64,000 nt of DNA from Podarcis erhardii (lineage: Eukaryota): assembly GCA_964252035.1 (NCBI GenBank), contig OZ176201.1. One strand, 5' to 3'. Positions 63,501-64,000 of this stretch are shown here, in pieces (position 1 is the stretch's first letter; every line of letters begins with the position of its first letter). The notes under the pieces were generated by a model, which made no database searches, was not told the origin of the DNA, and was given only the letters and a program-made list of their open reading frames with translations. A program made the position numbers and the translations under genes.

Positions 63501-64000
63501 CCCAGATTTCTGCGTCAGGTCTTTTCTGAAGCAGTTAAATTTCTAACACACTGGGTTGTGTGTTTTAATTTTTTTAAAAAAAAGTCTCCACCTTTCCTAA
63601 TCCTTAGGATGAGGGCAGGTAACAATTTTTAAAAATATGAATCACAACACAGTATTTAAATATAAAGCACAAAAGTGAGTAACATATAAAACGTAAAGGC
63701 CACAGCTGAGCATCATGTTAGTAGATAGAGACTGGGGTCTGAGATACCCTTGTTTAAATTCAGGCATGGATAACTGGGTGGTCCTAAGCCTTGGTTATTT
63801 ATTCCTCAGACTTCAGTTAAATTAAGATTTGACCAATTACATAGGGTTATCAGGGAGAAACAATGGCGGCTGAATGCTAAACATAGTATAAATGTTTGAG
63901 AAATTATCAGTGGGAAATATCCAACAAAATATTTGCCTGAGTACAATGACTTCTGCTTGTGCAATAGGACTCCCCCCCCCCATGACATACCACCCCCAAA

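Larger units (their letters stand above)
28822..64000 (-). other. CNTN4: CNTN4 5' UTR intron / upstream region
   Basis: Ends at the acceptor of the first coding exon. No other recognisable gene; small non-coding exons cannot be excluded. Confidence 0.65.

Noticed and set aside
1-64000. CRISPR array, operon-like system, endogenous viral ORF or NUMT
   Set aside because: No regularly spaced direct repeats with unique spacers, no ORF over 147 aa, and no viral or mitochondrial protein motifs recognised. The sequence is vertebrate intronic DNA.

Overview
Vertebrate (squamate reptile, probably a lacertid lizard, judged from Sauria SINEs with (ACCTTT)n tails plus BovB, CR1, L2, L1 and Penelope repeats) genomic DNA that is almost entirely intronic. 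The only convincing protein-coding sequence is a 141-nt minus-strand exon (28681-28821) carrying the start codon and signal peptide MRLLWELLVLQSFMLCLA, i.e. the first coding exon of contactin-4 (CNTN4). It is too short for the ORF track. I did not find the next coding exon in 1-28680, so the downstream intron is over 28 kb. The rest is transposon debris (SINEs, LINE fragments, hAT and Tigger-type MITEs, solo LTRs, Penelope-derived inverted repeats), microsatellites and one 132-N gap. The ORFs in the track are spurious or TE-derived. There is no CRISPR array or prokaryote-type system, and I found no clearly new biological system. The best leads lie within about 3 kb of the CNTN4 exon: (1) a very young Penelope insertion forming a perfect 92-bp inverted repeat with an intact minimal hammerhead ribozyme core on each strand; (2) an RFX X-box embedded in the signal-peptide codons; (3) a solo LTR carrying two more X-boxes. 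A weaker lead is an exon-like segment whose peptide echoes the CNTN4 signal peptide. All repeat family names are from recognition, not database searches.
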